Origin: Azolla caroliniana
Lineage: Eukaryota > Plantae > Polypodiophyta
Direction of reading: 5' to 3'
DNA length: 64,000 nucleotides
Assembly (NCBI GenBank): GCA_043228905.1
Contig: JBHGNT010000009.1
Coordinates: forward strand, 4,154,001 to 4,218,000
In this document: positions 63,706 to 64,000 of the stretch, piece after piece
Layout: each line of letters opens with the position of its first letter
Numbering within the stretch: the first letter of the stretch is position 1
Notes under the pieces: model-generated
Database searches by the model: none
Told to the model about the DNA's origin: nothing
Seen by the model: the letters and a program-made list of their open reading frames with translations, nothing else
Made by a program: the position numbers and the translations under genes

Positions 63706-64000
63706 TGTCGCGAAGAAAACCGTCCATAGGCGGAATCGGCGCACCTAGGCGTGGGAACCGGTTCTTCACGCGCGCAAGCTCCAAGTAGTACATAAAAGCG
63801 AATTAGGAGGATAATCGGCAGGAACGGGCCCTAACACAAGTGGAGACAAACACCGCGCGAACAGTCTTTTCGGTCGCGCGCGCGAGTTAAGGAACTGTAC
63901 GAGTCGGCGGCGTAACTACGCGGATGCGTGAAGAACGGAGCGGATCCCTGTCCAAAAGGGACAGGGAATAAAGCTGACATGACGGCCTGCTCATCGGCCT
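63706..64000. mobile_element. Start of another insertion (probable LTR) nested in the Copia 5' LTR; truncated by the window end
   Basis: LTR homology stops after tacgt and new GC-rich sequence begins with TGTCGCG. Confidence 0.7.

Overview
Eukaryotic nuclear DNA from a land plant: spliceosomal introns, abundant microsatellites and plant-type LTR elements. A fern or other seed-free plant is plausible by inference from the Tcn1-like chromovirus. The left ~30 kb is a gene island with an orphan degenerate ARF GTPase exon 1, a small Cys/His-rich conserved plant protein, a 7-exon five-finger C2H2 gene whose fingers resemble the REF6/ELF6 DNA-binding array but which has no JmjC domain, and a CC-type (ROXY) glutaredoxin. 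These are interspersed with a tRNA-Ala-primed non-autonomous LTR element, tRNA-derived repeats and TE debris. From ~34.7 kb to the end is a multi-layer LTR retrotransposon nest: old Copia hosts, a self-priming Tcn1/Tf1-type chromovirus plus a solo LTR of the same family, two young Tork/Tnt1-like Copia copies, a young Met-primed chromovirus with TG..TA ends, and further solo or partial LTRs. The most unusual signals are LTRs combining an antisense tRNA-like Pol III A/B-box module, perfect heat-shock elements and a self-primer, a hairpin array inside a putative leader intron of a Gypsy element, and the JmjC-less REF6-type finger protein. All family assignments are from recalled motifs, not database searches.
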